Shown here: positions 50,995 through 60,900 of the stretch, in pieces
Layout of the letters: the number at the start of each line of letters is the position of its first letter
How positions within the stretch are numbered: position 1 is the stretch's first letter
NCBI GenBank assembly: GCA_944325735.1
Contig: CALVBI010000003.1
Coordinates: 85,051-149,050 of the forward strand
Origin: Candidatus Gastranaerophilales bacterium
GTDB taxonomy: Bacteria > Cyanobacteriota > Vampirovibrionia > Gastranaerophilales > Gastranaerophilaceae
DNA: 64,000 bases
Reading direction: 5' to 3'
The notes under the pieces: model-generated
Told to the model about the DNA's origin: nothing
Database searches by the model: none
What the model saw: the letters and a program-made list of their open reading frames with translations, nothing else
Translations under genes and position numbers: made by a program

Positions 50995-51456
50995 CTATTT
51001 TACAGCTTTTTTAACAGCTTCAGTAATATCTGATCCACCATATAATACTGCACCTTTTGCTAGAACAATATCATATCCGCCAGCTTTTGCTTGAGCTTCA
51101 ATTTGTTTAGAAATAGAATCATCAATAGCAGTTAATTTTGTTGCATAATTTTTATCCATAGCAGCTTTTTTAGATGCTAATTCTTTATTATATTTTTCTT
51201 CTAATGCTTGTTTTTTCTTAACATCAGTTGTTGCTGCTACATCTTTTCTAGCTTTTTCAATAAAAGTAAAAATTTCTTTTGTTTTAGCTTCATGTTCTTT
51301 TTTCAAAGCTTTAACTTGTGATGACGCATTTACAACAGATGTTACATCAACTACAGCAATTTTTGATGGAACATCAGACATTGCAAAATTCCCTAAAGTT
51401 AAACCTATAACAAAAGTAGATAACCCAACAACTAAAAATTTAATTTTCTTGTTCAT
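50995..51456 (-). CDS. OmpH/Skp-family periplasmic chaperone
   Basis: Signal peptide, KIAVVDV, helical middle, GYDIVLAKGAVLYGGSDITEAV. Confidence 0.85.
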   Translation of the reverse strand: MNKKIKFLVVGLSTFVIGLTLGNFAMSDVPSKIAVVDVTSVVNASSQVKALKKEHEAKTKEIFTFIEKARKDVAATTDVKKKQALEEKYNKELASKKAAMDKNYATKLTAIDDSISKQIEAQAKAGGYDIVLAKGAVLYGGSDITEAVKKAVK

Positions 51457-51533
51457 ATTTTCTCCCTTATACACTACTTGTTCCAAATTTATTTTAAACC
51501 ATACTCTAAAGAATTGAATTTTAAAATAAAATC

Positions 51534-51562
51534 TTTACAAGCTCACTTATATCATATATAAT
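51534..51562 (+). promoter_or_regulatory. Sigma70 promoter of the TpsB-like gene
   Basis: TTTACA-17-TATAAT. Confidence 0.7.
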
Positions 51563-51721
51563 AGTAACAGGTCAATTGTAGTTTTGTAAAAAAGTTAATT
51601 TTTATTACTTAATCTTAATAAAAGTTAAAAATTTAGTTTTATTTTTAAATAAAAACGCAAAAATAAACTTGACCTGATTTAATAAAATATATATATTTTT
51701 TTAAATTTTAAAGGTGATTAA

Positions 51722-53713
51722 ATGAAAAAGATTAATTCAAAAAAACATATTATTGGTGCAATTACTTGTATGAGTCTTGCACTGACAATATCTGCATCTT
51801 ATAGCCCAGCAACAGCTGACCCATTGGGAGGCGCCCCAATAGTTCCGGGTCAAATAGGCGCAGAAGCTGGAATGAATCAAATGCACGACAGTAGTTATCT
51901 AAAAGAAAGATATCAAGATAATTACAGAAATGAAGATTATCAATATTATCAAGAAAGAAAAAAACTAGAAAAAGACCCCAATGCCGGCAATCAAATAATA
52001 CAAAACTACAACGGCGGTTCTATTCAACAAGCTACAGTTGAAGAAATGAATACAAAAGGTGTATTTGTAAATACTGTAGAAGTTGCACCTTCTGAAATTT
52101 TAACCAAGGAAGAAATCAATAAATTAGTTCAACCTATTGTTGGAAGGAACGTTTTTATTGATGACATTCAAAAAGTTATTGATAGCATTAACAATTTATA
52201 CGCACAAAAAGGTTTCGTAACAGCAAGAGCCTTTTTACCAGAACAAACTGTTGAGAATGGTAACATCTACATCGCTTTAACAGAAAGTAAAATCGGAAGT
52301 ATTACTGTACAACAAAACAAATGGACTAAAGACGGGTATATTACAAGCAGATTACCTCAAAAAGAAGGCGAACTATTTGATATTGTTGAACTAGAAAAAG
52401 ACGTCTTAGATTTTAACAGATACAATGATGGTGTAAAATTATCTGCAAACTTAAAAGCTGGTGAAAAACCTGGAACTACTGATATTGAATTAGTTGCAGA
52501 TGAAACATTTCCATTCCACGTAATGGGTATTATGGATAACGCAGGTCGTTACAGTACAGGTAGTATCCGTGGCGGTGCAATGTTATATGCTGATAGTTTA
52601 TTTGGACATAGAGACAGAATGTCTTTAGGTTCTTATTTTTCAAAAGGTGCACAAAGCCCATTCTTTGATTACAATTTCCCAGTAAACAAAAAAGATGGTC
52701 GCGTTGGATTTATGTTCTCATCAACATTTGCTGATATCAAATATGGTCCAATGACTCCTCTTAAATTAGGTAGTAATGCTTATCAATATTCATTGTATTA
52801 TACACAACCAATTGTTAGAAAACCTGGATTTGAATTAAAAACATATGCAGGCATCAACTATAAAAGAGCTAGAACATTCACTGATATTAGAACAGGTAGT
52901 CCTATATTTGATGATTTAATGCGTGATGCTATTAACAGTACAGATAATATTACATCAGCAGAATTGGCATTGATGTTAAGAAAAGATACTAAATATGGTA
53001 TTTGGTACTTAAATCAAAATGCATACTATTCTTTCCCAATATTTAACAGTGACAGAGATAATAATTACTTTAAATATAGCGGTAGCTTAGTAAGATTACA
53101 CGATTTTTCTCACGGTATCATTGGGCAATTAAGAAGTAACTATCAAATTATACCTGGAGACAAAAAAATCCCTTACCTAGACCAAATGCAAACAGGTGGT
53201 TTGGCAACTGTAAGAGGGTATTCTGAAGGTATGATGATTGGTAAAAACGGATATTTCGTTAGTGGAGAATTAATGTTTCCACTTTTACCAAGAGAGATTA
53301 CAAGCCCTCGTAGTGGAGAAAAAATCCCATTTATCGGTAGATATGTAAAAGGTGCAGTATTTGCAGATACCGCAGGTATTTTCCCAACTGCAAGTGAAGA
53401 TATCTATGGTGGAAGTTATTTTGCAGCATCAGTAGGTATGGGCTTAAGAGTTCAACTTCCTGGAGATTTAAGTGCAAGACTATACTGGGGCTATCCTTTA
53501 ATCAGTAACCATTGGGAACCAGATAGAAAATACGGTCGTTTCCACTTTGAATTAACTCTTGCACCAAATATTGATGCATTACTTGCTTCAAGAAGCACTG
53601 CTGCTGTTCCTAAAACACAATTCCAAAAGAATGTTGAAGCAGAGTACATTAATAACTATGATGATGTAAGACATTATGACTACTTCCGTGACGGAGGCGG
53701 AGGCTCATTATAA
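51722..53713 (+). CDS. ShlB/FhaC/HecB (TpsB, Omp85-family) outer-membrane transporter
   Basis: Signal peptide, POTRA (INNLYAQKGFVTARAFLPEQ), DNAGRYSTG, TVRGY motif, C-terminal barrel. Confidence 0.85.
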   Translation: MKKINSKKHIIGAITCMSLALTISASYSPATADPLGGAPIVPGQIGAEAGMNQMHDSSYLKERYQDNYRNEDYQYYQERKKLEKDPNAGNQIIQNYNGGSIQQATVEEMNTKGVFVNTVEVAPSEILTKEEINKLVQPIVGRNVFIDDIQKVIDSINNLYAQKGFVTARAFLPEQTVENGNIYIALTESKIGSITVQQNKWTKDGYITSRLPQKEGELFDIVELEKDVLDFNRYNDGVKLSANLKAGEKPGTTDIELVADETFPFHVMGIMDNAGRYSTGSIRGGAMLYADSLFGHRDRMSLGSYFSKGAQSPFFDYNFPVNKKDGRVGFMFSSTFADIKYGPMTPLKLGSNAYQYSLYYTQPIVRKPGFELKTYAGINYKRARTFTDIRTGSPIFDDLMRDAINSTDNITSAELALMLRKDTKYGIWYLNQNAYYSFPIFNSDRDNNYFKYSGSLVRLHDFSHGIIGQLRSNYQIIPGDKKIPYLDQMQTGGLATVRGYSEGMMIGKNGYFVSGELMFPLLPREITSPRSGEKIPFIGRYVKGAVFADTAGIFPTASEDIYGGSYFAASVGMGLRVQLPGDLSARLYWGYPLISNHWEPDRKYGRFHFELTLAPNIDALLASRSTAAVPKTQFQKNVEAEYINNYDDVRHYDYFRDGGGGSL

Positions 53714-53737
53714 TAAAAAGATTGAATAATAAAAATT

Positions 53738-53768
53738 ATGCGGTAACATAAAGTTGCCGCATTTTTTA
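53738..53768 (+). terminator. Intrinsic terminator
   Basis: atgcggtaac-ataaa-gttgccgcat plus T-run. Confidence 0.8.
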
Positions 53769-53810
53769 TTAATATAATAATAATAATGAAATGAGGGGAT
53801 TGGAGAATAT

Positions 53811-54485
53811 ATGACTAAAGCTATATTTATAACAGCAACAGGAACTGATGTAGGAAAAACATATATTTCAGCTTTAATTGTAAAAAAGTTGAGAAAACTT
53901 GGTTATAATTGCGGATACTTCAAACCTGCTTTAAGTGGTGCAGAAATTATTAATGGGAAATTAATTCCTGGAGACTGTAAATTTGTAATAGACACAGCTG
54001 GAATAAATGTAAACCCTCTTGATTGTGTTTCATTTGTATATAAAACTGCAGTATCCCCACATCTTGCATCTCAGATAGAAAATAATCCTATCAAATTAGA
54101 AAAAATTAAAAATGATTTTGATAAACTAAAAAAACAATATGATTACATAGTTGTAGAAGGAGCCGGCGGAATCGTATGTCCTTTTAACTTAGGAGACGAA
54201 AAACTAATGTTACCTGATGTTATAAAAGCATTAGGACTTGATATATTAGTTGTTGCATCTGGAGAACTAGGTACAATAAATTCAACGGTATTAACAACAG
54301 AATATGCAAAAAATCAAGGTATTAATGTAAAAGGAATCATAATTAATAACTATAACGAAAATGACTTTATGCAAAAAGACAACAAAATCCAAGTCGAAAA
54401 CCTAACAGGCACAAAAGTAGTAGCAACGGTACAAAAAAATGAAAAAGATATAACTGATCTATCAATGTTATTTAAAGAGGTATAA
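53811..54485 (+). CDS. bioD: Dethiobiotin synthase
   Basis: FITATGTDVGKT, FKP, AVSPHLA, VEGAGG, LGTINST. Confidence 0.95.
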   Translation: MTKAIFITATGTDVGKTYISALIVKKLRKLGYNCGYFKPALSGAEIINGKLIPGDCKFVIDTAGINVNPLDCVSFVYKTAVSPHLASQIENNPIKLEKIKNDFDKLKKQYDYIVVEGAGGIVCPFNLGDEKLMLPDVIKALGLDILVVASGELGTINSTVLTTEYAKNQGINVKGIIINNYNENDFMQKDNKIQVENLTGTKVVATVQKNEKDITDLSMLFKEV

Positions 54486-54487
54486 AA

Positions 54488-55840
54488 ATGGAAAACTGGG
54501 TAGAAAAAGATTTAAAATATATATGGCATCCTTGCTCTCAAATGAAGGACTATGAAGAATTACAGCCAATAGTCATCAAAAAGGGAGAAGGAGTATACCT
54601 ATATGACATAAATGGGAAAAGATACATTGATGTAATCAGCTCTTGGTGGTGCAATCTTTTAGGACACTGTAACCCAAAGATTAATGAAGCAATAAAAAAA
54701 CAAGTCGATGAATTAGAACATGTTATATTTGCGAATTTCACACATACACAAGCGATAAGACTATGCGAAAGATTATCTAAAATTCTACCTAAAGGATTAT
54801 GCAAATTTAATTTTACCGATAACGGATCATCAGCAATTGAAGCTGCTATGAAAGTAAGTTTTCAATACCATGAACAAACAGGCAATTCACAAAAAACAAA
54901 ATTTATGGCCCTTACAGAAGCCTACCACGGAGAAACAATAGGAGCATTATCGGTAGGAGATTGTGATTTGTATACAAAGCTTTATAAACCAATATTAATG
55001 GACATAGTAAGAGTTGAAGGTCCTGATTGTTACAGATGCCCTTACAATCAAAATAGAGAAAATTGTAATTGTGAATGCTTCAAAAAAGCAGAAGAAACTT
55101 TTGCAAAATACGGAAACGAAACTGCAGCAATGCTTGTTGAACCATTATTACAAGGTTCAGCTGGAATGAAAGTTTATCCACCATTGTATCTAAAAAAATT
55201 AAGAGAACTATGCGATAAATACAATGTACACCTAATTGCAGATGAAATTGCAACAGGTTACGGAAGAACTGGAAAAATGTTCGCATTTGAACACGCTGGA
55301 GTTTCTCCTGATATTATGTGCTTATCAAAAGGTCTTACAGGCGGATATATGCCAATGGCATTATTTGTAACTACTCAAAAAATTTATGATGCATTCTATG
55401 ATGATTACAATACTGGCAAAGCATTTATGCACAGCCATACATATAGCGGAAACCCTCTTGCTTGCTCTGCGGCAAATGCTGTACTTGATTTGATGGAAGA
55501 TGGCACGATTTTAAAAAATGCACAAGAAAATGCAATCTACTTCAACAACATGATTAAAGAGAAATTTCTCTCACACAAAAATGTAGGAGAAGTACGCCAT
55601 ATAGGACTTATTAATGCAATAGAACTTGTTGAAGACAAAAAAAGTAAAAAGCCTTTTGATGGCAGATCCAGAACCGGTTACCAAATCTACAAAAAGGCTT
55701 TGATGGAGGGAGTTATTTTAAGACCTCTAGGAGATGTCATTTATTTTAATCCACCTTTAATTATGTCAAGAAAAGATATGGACTTAGTAACAGATATTGC
55801 ACGCAAATGTCTAGACGAAATTTTGCCCACAGCAAAATAA
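54488..55840 (+). CDS. bioA: Adenosylmethionine-8-amino-7-oxononanoate transaminase
   Basis: IWHPCSQMK, DVISSWW, AYHGETIGA, IADEIATGYGRTG, LSKGLTGGY, HSHTYSGNP. Confidence 0.96.
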   Translation: MENWVEKDLKYIWHPCSQMKDYEELQPIVIKKGEGVYLYDINGKRYIDVISSWWCNLLGHCNPKINEAIKKQVDELEHVIFANFTHTQAIRLCERLSKILPKGLCKFNFTDNGSSAIEAAMKVSFQYHEQTGNSQKTKFMALTEAYHGETIGALSVGDCDLYTKLYKPILMDIVRVEGPDCYRCPYNQNRENCNCECFKKAEETFAKYGNETAAMLVEPLLQGSAGMKVYPPLYLKKLRELCDKYNVHLIADEIATGYGRTGKMFAFEHAGVSPDIMCLSKGLTGGYMPMALFVTTQKIYDAFYDDYNTGKAFMHSHTYSGNPLACSAANAVLDLMEDGTILKNAQENAIYFNNMIKEKFLSHKNVGEVRHIGLINAIELVEDKKSKKPFDGRSRTGYQIYKKALMEGVILRPLGDVIYFNPPLIMSRKDMDLVTDIARKCLDEILPTAK

Positions 55841-55962
55841 AGCGTTAAACAAATAACGTACAAAATACACTTTTTAATAAAGACACCTTCTCACTCTTAA
55901 GTTTTTTTGACGAAAAAAGGAACTTAAACTAACATATTCCGTCTTTTAAATTAAAGGATTCA

Positions 55963-56058
55963 TTATCCTTCTGTAGTTAATTCTTCCCAAATACTTGGTA
56001 CTACGATTAACGCAGTATAAACAATGAAACCGAATAGAATTAAGTTAATAGCTTCCAT
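55963..56058 (-). CDS. 31-aa single-TM membrane peptide (MEAINLILFGFIVYTALIVVPSIWEELTTEG), not in the ORF track
   Basis: AGGAG RBS 7 nt upstream; own TTGACA-18-TAAGAT promoter (56135-56106). Confidence 0.65.
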   Translation of the reverse strand: MEAINLILFGFIVYTALIVVPSIWEELTTEG

Positions 56059-56188
56059 GATAACACTCCTATCTGTTAGCTTAGATGAATTAAAACGACA
56101 TAATCATCTTACTAATTCTATTCCCATGATGTCAAAAAAATTAACATTTTTTAATAAACATTTTTATTATAATATGAAAGAGGATTAT

Positions 56189-56500
56189 ATGAAAAAGAAA
56201 ATAGGAAAACTATTTAACAATCTTTGCTGCTCGCAATGCAAAAATAGTTTTGACGAAAATTCAATAACCATAAAAAGAGAAGAAGAAGGCTTAACAGTAA
56301 TAGGGCTTGAATGCCAACACTGCGGTAAAAACTTCGGTGTAGCATTTTTAGGCTTCACAGATTTTGATATAAATACATATGAACCATTGGAAGTCCAAGA
56401 AGGACCTGATCCAATTAATTACGATGACGTAATTGATGCCCATAGATTCATACAAAATCTTGATGCGGACTGGCAAAAACATTTACCAAAATCTAACTAA
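56189..56500 (+). CDS. Hypothetical zinc-ribbon protein
   Basis: CSQC...CQHC pairs, PINYDDVIDAH; AGAGGA RBS before ATG 56189. Confidence 0.7.
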   Translation: MKKKIGKLFNNLCCSQCKNSFDENSITIKREEEGLTVIGLECQHCGKNFGVAFLGFTDFDINTYEPLEVQEGPDPINYDDVIDAHRFIQNLDADWQKHLPKSN

Positions 56501-57777
56501 TTAAATAACACTCCAGCTATTGCTGCGGACATATAACAAGTTAATGTTCCACAAATCAAAGCTCTAACTCCAAGTCTTGCAAGATTTTTACGTTGGTTAG
56601 GAGCAAGTTCGCCAATACCTCCTAATTGGATAGCAATAGATCCAAAGTTCCCAAAACTGCATAATGCAAAACTTGCAATTAAAAAAGCTTTATCTGAAAG
56701 AGCAGTTGGCAAATGTGTCATATCAAAATATGCAACCATTTCATTTAAAACTAATTTTGTACCCATCAAACTACCAACAGTTGTAGCCTCTTTCAAAGGT
56801 ACGCCCATAAAATAAGCAAATACAGCAAAGATTTTACCCAAAATCATTTTCAAAGAAAGATGATTCAAATCAAAAGAGGCAAAATTTATATGCAAATACT
56901 TAACAATTAATACCCCTAAATGTCCCAATGCCCAATCAATCATTGCAACTAAAGCAACTAGAGCTAAAATCATTGCAACAACATTAATCGCAACTTTCAT
57001 ACCTTCAGAAGCTCCAGCAGAAATTGCATCAAATACATTTATATAAGGTTTTCTTCTTTTGCTGTAAGTAATTTTTATATCTTCACTTGTTTCAGGAGTC
57101 CCTGTTTCTGGATATACAATTTTTGTAATTACAAGAGCTCCCGGAGCAGCCATAATTGATGCAGCTAAAAGATATTGTGCAGGAATTCCCATTCCGATAT
57201 AAATAGGCATTGTAGCACCTGAAATACAAGCCATACTACCAGCCATTGATGCTAATAATTCAGAACGGGTTAATTTTGCAAGATAAGGTCTAATCATAAT
57301 TTGAGCAGCAATTTGACCTACAAAAGCGCTTGCAACATTTGATAAAGCCTCAGCTCCGCTCACACCCATCAATTTATTCATAGCTTTACCAAAAAGAGGA
57401 ACTACACGTTGCATAATTCCATAATAATAAAGCATATTTACTAAAATCATCATAAATATCAAAGATGCTATTAACTGCAATGCAAATACTTGAGCACCTT
57501 CTCCAAATACTGCTGTAATTTTATGTTCAGTCATTAAAGGTCCGAATACAAACGATCCGCCCTCTTTTGCAAACTCTAGAATTTTTTGAATGAATAATCC
57601 TAAATTATAAAATAATGCTCGACCGATTGGAACTTTAAAAATAAATAAAGCCAATACAACTTGTAATAAAAAGCCCATACCAACCGTTTTATAATTAATA
57701 GCCTTTCTATTATTAGACATTAAATAGGCTATCCCAAAAATTAAAATTATTCCTAATAATCCAAAAAATCTATCCAT
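56497..57777 (-). CDS. NupC/CNT-family nucleoside transporter
   Basis: GSFVFG, SGAEALSNVASAFVGQ, ASIMAAPGAL, FALCSFGNFGSIAIQLGG. Confidence 0.92.
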   Translation of the reverse strand: MDRFFGLLGIILIFGIAYLMSNNRKAINYKTVGMGFLLQVVLALFIFKVPIGRALFYNLGLFIQKILEFAKEGGSFVFGPLMTEHKITAVFGEGAQVFALQLIASLIFMMILVNMLYYYGIMQRVVPLFGKAMNKLMGVSGAEALSNVASAFVGQIAAQIMIRPYLAKLTRSELLASMAGSMACISGATMPIYIGMGIPAQYLLAASIMAAPGALVITKIVYPETGTPETSEDIKITYSKRRKPYINVFDAISAGASEGMKVAINVVAMILALVALVAMIDWALGHLGVLIVKYLHINFASFDLNHLSLKMILGKIFAVFAYFMGVPLKEATTVGSLMGTKLVLNEMVAYFDMTHLPTALSDKAFLIASFALCSFGNFGSIAIQLGGIGELAPNQRKNLARLGVRALICGTLTCYMSAAIAGVLFN

Positions 57778-57992
57778 TTAATCACCTTTTCAAAACTATT
57801 GATATAATAATACTTTAAAGTTAAGAAAAAAACCTTAATTATTAAAAAAAAGTTTACTTAATATTTCTTAATAAATCACCCGATTGGTGTTGAAAAAAAA
57901 CTTGTCAGCATTTTACTATAATAGCAGATAAGATTTTCTGCAAAATTTTAGGAAAAAGTATAAAATATTATAAATGGGATGTAGGTGCAAAT

Positions 57993-60900
57993 ATGCGTGT
58001 AAATTCAATTATGCCACAAATGAGGGCAACTAGTATCAGAAGAAATGACAATGTTAATTCTAGCAATCAGACCATGCCTGTTGCTATGAATTTAGCAGCT
58101 CCAATTGTAAAATCAGGGGTTATCTTAACTTTCACAGGAAATGATAGTAAAAACATTCATCAATTCCTATCATATGCTCCAGAAAACAAAAGATTTGGAG
58201 TAAAAGCCTATAATCTTGGAGGTTTAGGCGTAGTTGCCCAAGAAGCACCTGCTAGCTGGAGAACTAAAGCTGGCGCAGATGTAAGAGATTTTGCACCATA
58301 TCACAGTTTTAATAACCCTGATGGCGGAGTAACCATTGTTAAAATCACTAAAAATGAAAAAGGTATTTATAATGACCGCTATCCAGCAGAAAGTTTTATC
58401 TCTGCAAAACAAGATGAAACGTTAGAAGAAGTAGGCAAAAGAGTAAAACTAAAAGAAGGCGAAAGACTAGCTTATGCTATCAGATTACAGCCTGATGATA
58501 AGGGAATATCCCAAATTATAAGATTAGAAGATGCTGGAGTTCAAGGATCATTCAAAAGAGCTGCGAACAAAAGTATAGCAGATACACAAGATGTAACGTA
58601 TAGACTTTTCAGAGCTGTAGATATTGCTGATACTGTTGATATACCAATTAACGATTACAAGAAGAAAGTTCTTGCAAAAATAACAAAAACGATTAAAGAC
58701 GAAATAGCAGCTCCAATTAATGAAAAATATAAAGAAGATTTAGCAAAAGCAAAAGAAAAAGATTTCCAACTTACTTTAAAAGCAAGAGACTTATATGATG
58801 CCAAAAAGTCAACAGATGGAGAAAGATTTTATCCTATACATGATAATGAAATAGAAATACAATCAAAAATTAATGATGAAATTGAAAAGAATTTCAATAC
58901 AGAAGAAATAAAAAAAAGAATTGATACAGCATACAATGAAAAAATAAATTCAGAAGAAGTAAAAAAAGAATTAGAAACAATAAAATCCAAAATAATAGCA
59001 GCTCCAGAAGTACCGGAAAGAAATGCTGCATACTTTATTCACACAAAAGAACTAGCTAAATTTGACACAGCATACGGAGCTGGTGAAAAAGGTTACAGTG
59101 CATATGGAGCATATGGAACAACAGGATCATATTCTACAGGTGCATACAGCCCAAATGGTGGAGCACACTTTGTAAGTACGAATGTAGCATTTGCAGATAA
59201 TAACCGTGCATTAATTGAAATATTGCCAAAATTAAATACTAAAGAACACGGTTTTTATAACCCTGCAAACTGGTGGTTACATGATAGACCTGCATTTATT
59301 ACAATGAATGCTATTGCAGATGCATCTCATTTTGGTAATGATTATTATAATGGTTTAAAAGTTCACGGAACATTCCACAATCCAGGAAGAGATTACCAAG
59401 GTGCAGAAAGCAATCCTTTTGAAATGTTCAAAATGCTTGCAAGACCTGAAGATGTTGAAACATTAAAGAAACACTCACAATTAGAAAAACTAAAGAAAAT
59501 AGAAGCTAAATGGGGGAATAATTGGGACAAAGCACCTTTATCAGAAAGAAGTTTTGTTAACCAAATTTTAAGACCATTTATGGCTAATTTCATAGATGAT
59601 TATGCTGATACCCCTAATGATAAAAGAACTTTTAATATTTCAATGACTCCAGTCGCAGGTACAAATATTAATGCTAAAAATATGAGTTGTGGTACTGTAT
59701 CTGTTAATTATGGAAAAGAAATGAAATCATTAGAAACTCCAGATATAGCTCAATATTTAACAACAAAATTAGCAGCAACTAAAACCATTGATATAACAAA
59801 CGGCAGTACCCCTGCAAATTTAAGATTGAACGATCCTACTGCAAACTTCTGTCAAGGAAACAATATTAATGGATTAACTAAATTAAAAGATGGATTTACC
59901 ACATATGAATACAAACCTGTATTTGATGACGCTGGAAAGTTTGTATCTGACAATATTGATGAAGTTTTAAAAGCAAAAGAATCTAACACTAAATGGTTAT
60001 TAGATTCATTAGGAGATGCCTTTGATAAAGGCGGTCCTCAAGGCATTACAAAAATGTTTTTCACAGACAAACAAGTATCTGACACTAATGCAAGTGTAAC
60101 TGGTCACCTAGCAAAATATGAAAAAGGAGACATGTTATTAATGGGATGGGGAAGACCTGATAAACAAAAAGGTTATCCATCAACTTTCCAAGCATTTTTA
60201 GATTTCTTAAAAGACCCTAATATAGATAAAGAAGTAAAAAAACATACCAAATTATTAGTTGGTGCCGGAGTTTGGGGAAATGATGCCGATGAGTACAAAT
60301 GGGTACAAGACATCATCAGACAAATTGAAGAACTAGATGGTGGAATATACAAAGGAAATGCTTGTTATGTAAATGGTTTCTTCCCTAACAGACTTGTCGG
60401 ATGCGCAACTTATTCAATCTTCTCATCAAGATTTGAACCTTGCGGTATTACACCACTTGAATCATTTGCAGCAGGTACTCCGGTAATTTCTACAAAAACA
60501 GGCGGTGCTCCTGACTTTATCACTGCAGCAAGAGGCTACTTAACTAAAAATCCATATTTAAGAAATGCTGAAAGTTTAAAAATTGATCCTGCAAAATTTG
60601 CAGGTAAAAAAGCTAAAGAAATTGCAAACATATTAGATGCAGAAAGAATGTTTGCGAATGCAGATGAACTAAAAGATTGTATTGTTGCAGCAACTTCAGA
60701 TTACAACTTAAAACCTGAAGAAGGTAAACTAGCAAAATATGCTGAAATGGTTAAAGATGCTATTACTCAGAAAATAGATTGGCACGAAAATGCTTCTTAT
60801 AACGGCGGGAAAACAGCAAATGAACGATACATGACTGAAGTATTTGAAATTGACAAAGGTATGGAAGGTCGAAACTTTGAAAAGCTTAAACGTTTAGTCG

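Noticed and set aside
53811-55840. bioD-bioA without bioB/bioF
   Set aside because: Split biotin operons are common, and the remaining genes may lie outside the window.
56024-56188. N-terminal extension of the 158-aa ORF
   Set aside because: The RBS supports ATG 56189; the extension overlaps the minus-strand peptide gene and its promoter.
822-59593. About 30 short ORFs (60-107 aa) antisense or alternate-frame to well-supported genes
   Set aside because: No RBS or motifs; expected shadow ORFs.
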